DNA of 64,000 nucleotides from Octopus sinensis (Eukaryota): assembly GCF_006345805.1 (NCBI RefSeq), contig NC_042998.1, forward strand, positions 141,856,001 through 141,920,000, in the 5' to 3' direction. Of the stretch, positions 63,494 through 64,000 are shown piece by piece; position 1 is the stretch's first letter, and every line of letters begins with the position of its first letter. Below the pieces are notes generated by a model. The model had not been told where the DNA came from. It was given only the letters and a program-made list of their open reading frames with translations, and searched no databases. A program made the position numbers and the translations under genes.

Positions 63494-64000
63494 TGTTTTA
63501 TTCCTACCCACAAGGGGCAACATAGAGGGGACAATACACTCGGGAAAAAATAAAATAATGAGTTATGGAATTTGTACAATGTTGTGTAATGTCCACTCGA
63601 TCCCCGAAATCGAGTGGTTACATTTCGTCATTTTTTTCTCAAAGATACATTTCACAATAAAATTCAAAATCATTTTACATATATTTCAAAAAAATTTTCA
63701 GAGTGTATTATCACTTCAACATTTTGCAGAATTTAAAATTCTTTTCACCAATAAAGTTTTCAAAAAAACATTTTCTTTTTTAAATAAATTCCATTACCTC
63801 GACCAATTCTTCATAGTTCTCCATTGTTCTTGGCCACCTTACAAGTCGGCATTTCATGTTTTAACACGTTCTTACCGGCTGGCTCGATGAATGCATCGGC
63901 GCCGTCCTCGTGGACTAGTGCACCCGTTTCTTTCCATTCGGTGCCCGTCCTGACCCATGTATATCCATCTGTTTCGTTTATCACATTTTCCATCTCCTCA
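63494..64000 (-). mobile_element. 3' end of a second Tx1-related element in tandem
   Basis: Same terminal motif (TGTATTGTCCCCTCTATGTTGCCCCTTGTGGGTAG..AATAAAAC) but different upstream sequence; runs off the window. Confidence 0.55.

Overview
AT-rich, microsatellite-saturated eukaryotic DNA made almost entirely of repeats; the SINE families and (TA)n/(CATA)n/(TAA)n landscape strongly suggest an octopus genome (inference). No confidently identifiable host gene; at most one candidate 132-nt exon. Mobile elements: a Tc1, two mariners and a mariner-derived foldback element, a decayed Ty3/gypsy with LTRs, a near-full-length Tx1/L1 LINE abutting a second related element, R4/Dong-like and CR1-like fragments, decayed Penelope-like (PLE) remnants, non-autonomous Helitrons and many tRNA-derived SINEs. 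The most interesting signal is RNA-level: about a dozen hammerhead-ribozyme (HHR) motifs from several unrelated short non-coding repeats (PLE pseudo-LTR / retrozyme-like), mostly beside microsatellites and often in partial-tandem or foldback arrangement. They include minimal palindromic-stem-III HHRs, HHRs with long stem II inserts, core variants (U3-A8, C4, U6, U9) and a candidate non-circularly permuted HHR at 29875-29936. Second theme: a SINE with a Tx1-like 3' tail that appears to insert site-specifically into its own family, and tandem Tx1 elements at one 20-bp site. All structures were folded by eye; none is experimentally verified.
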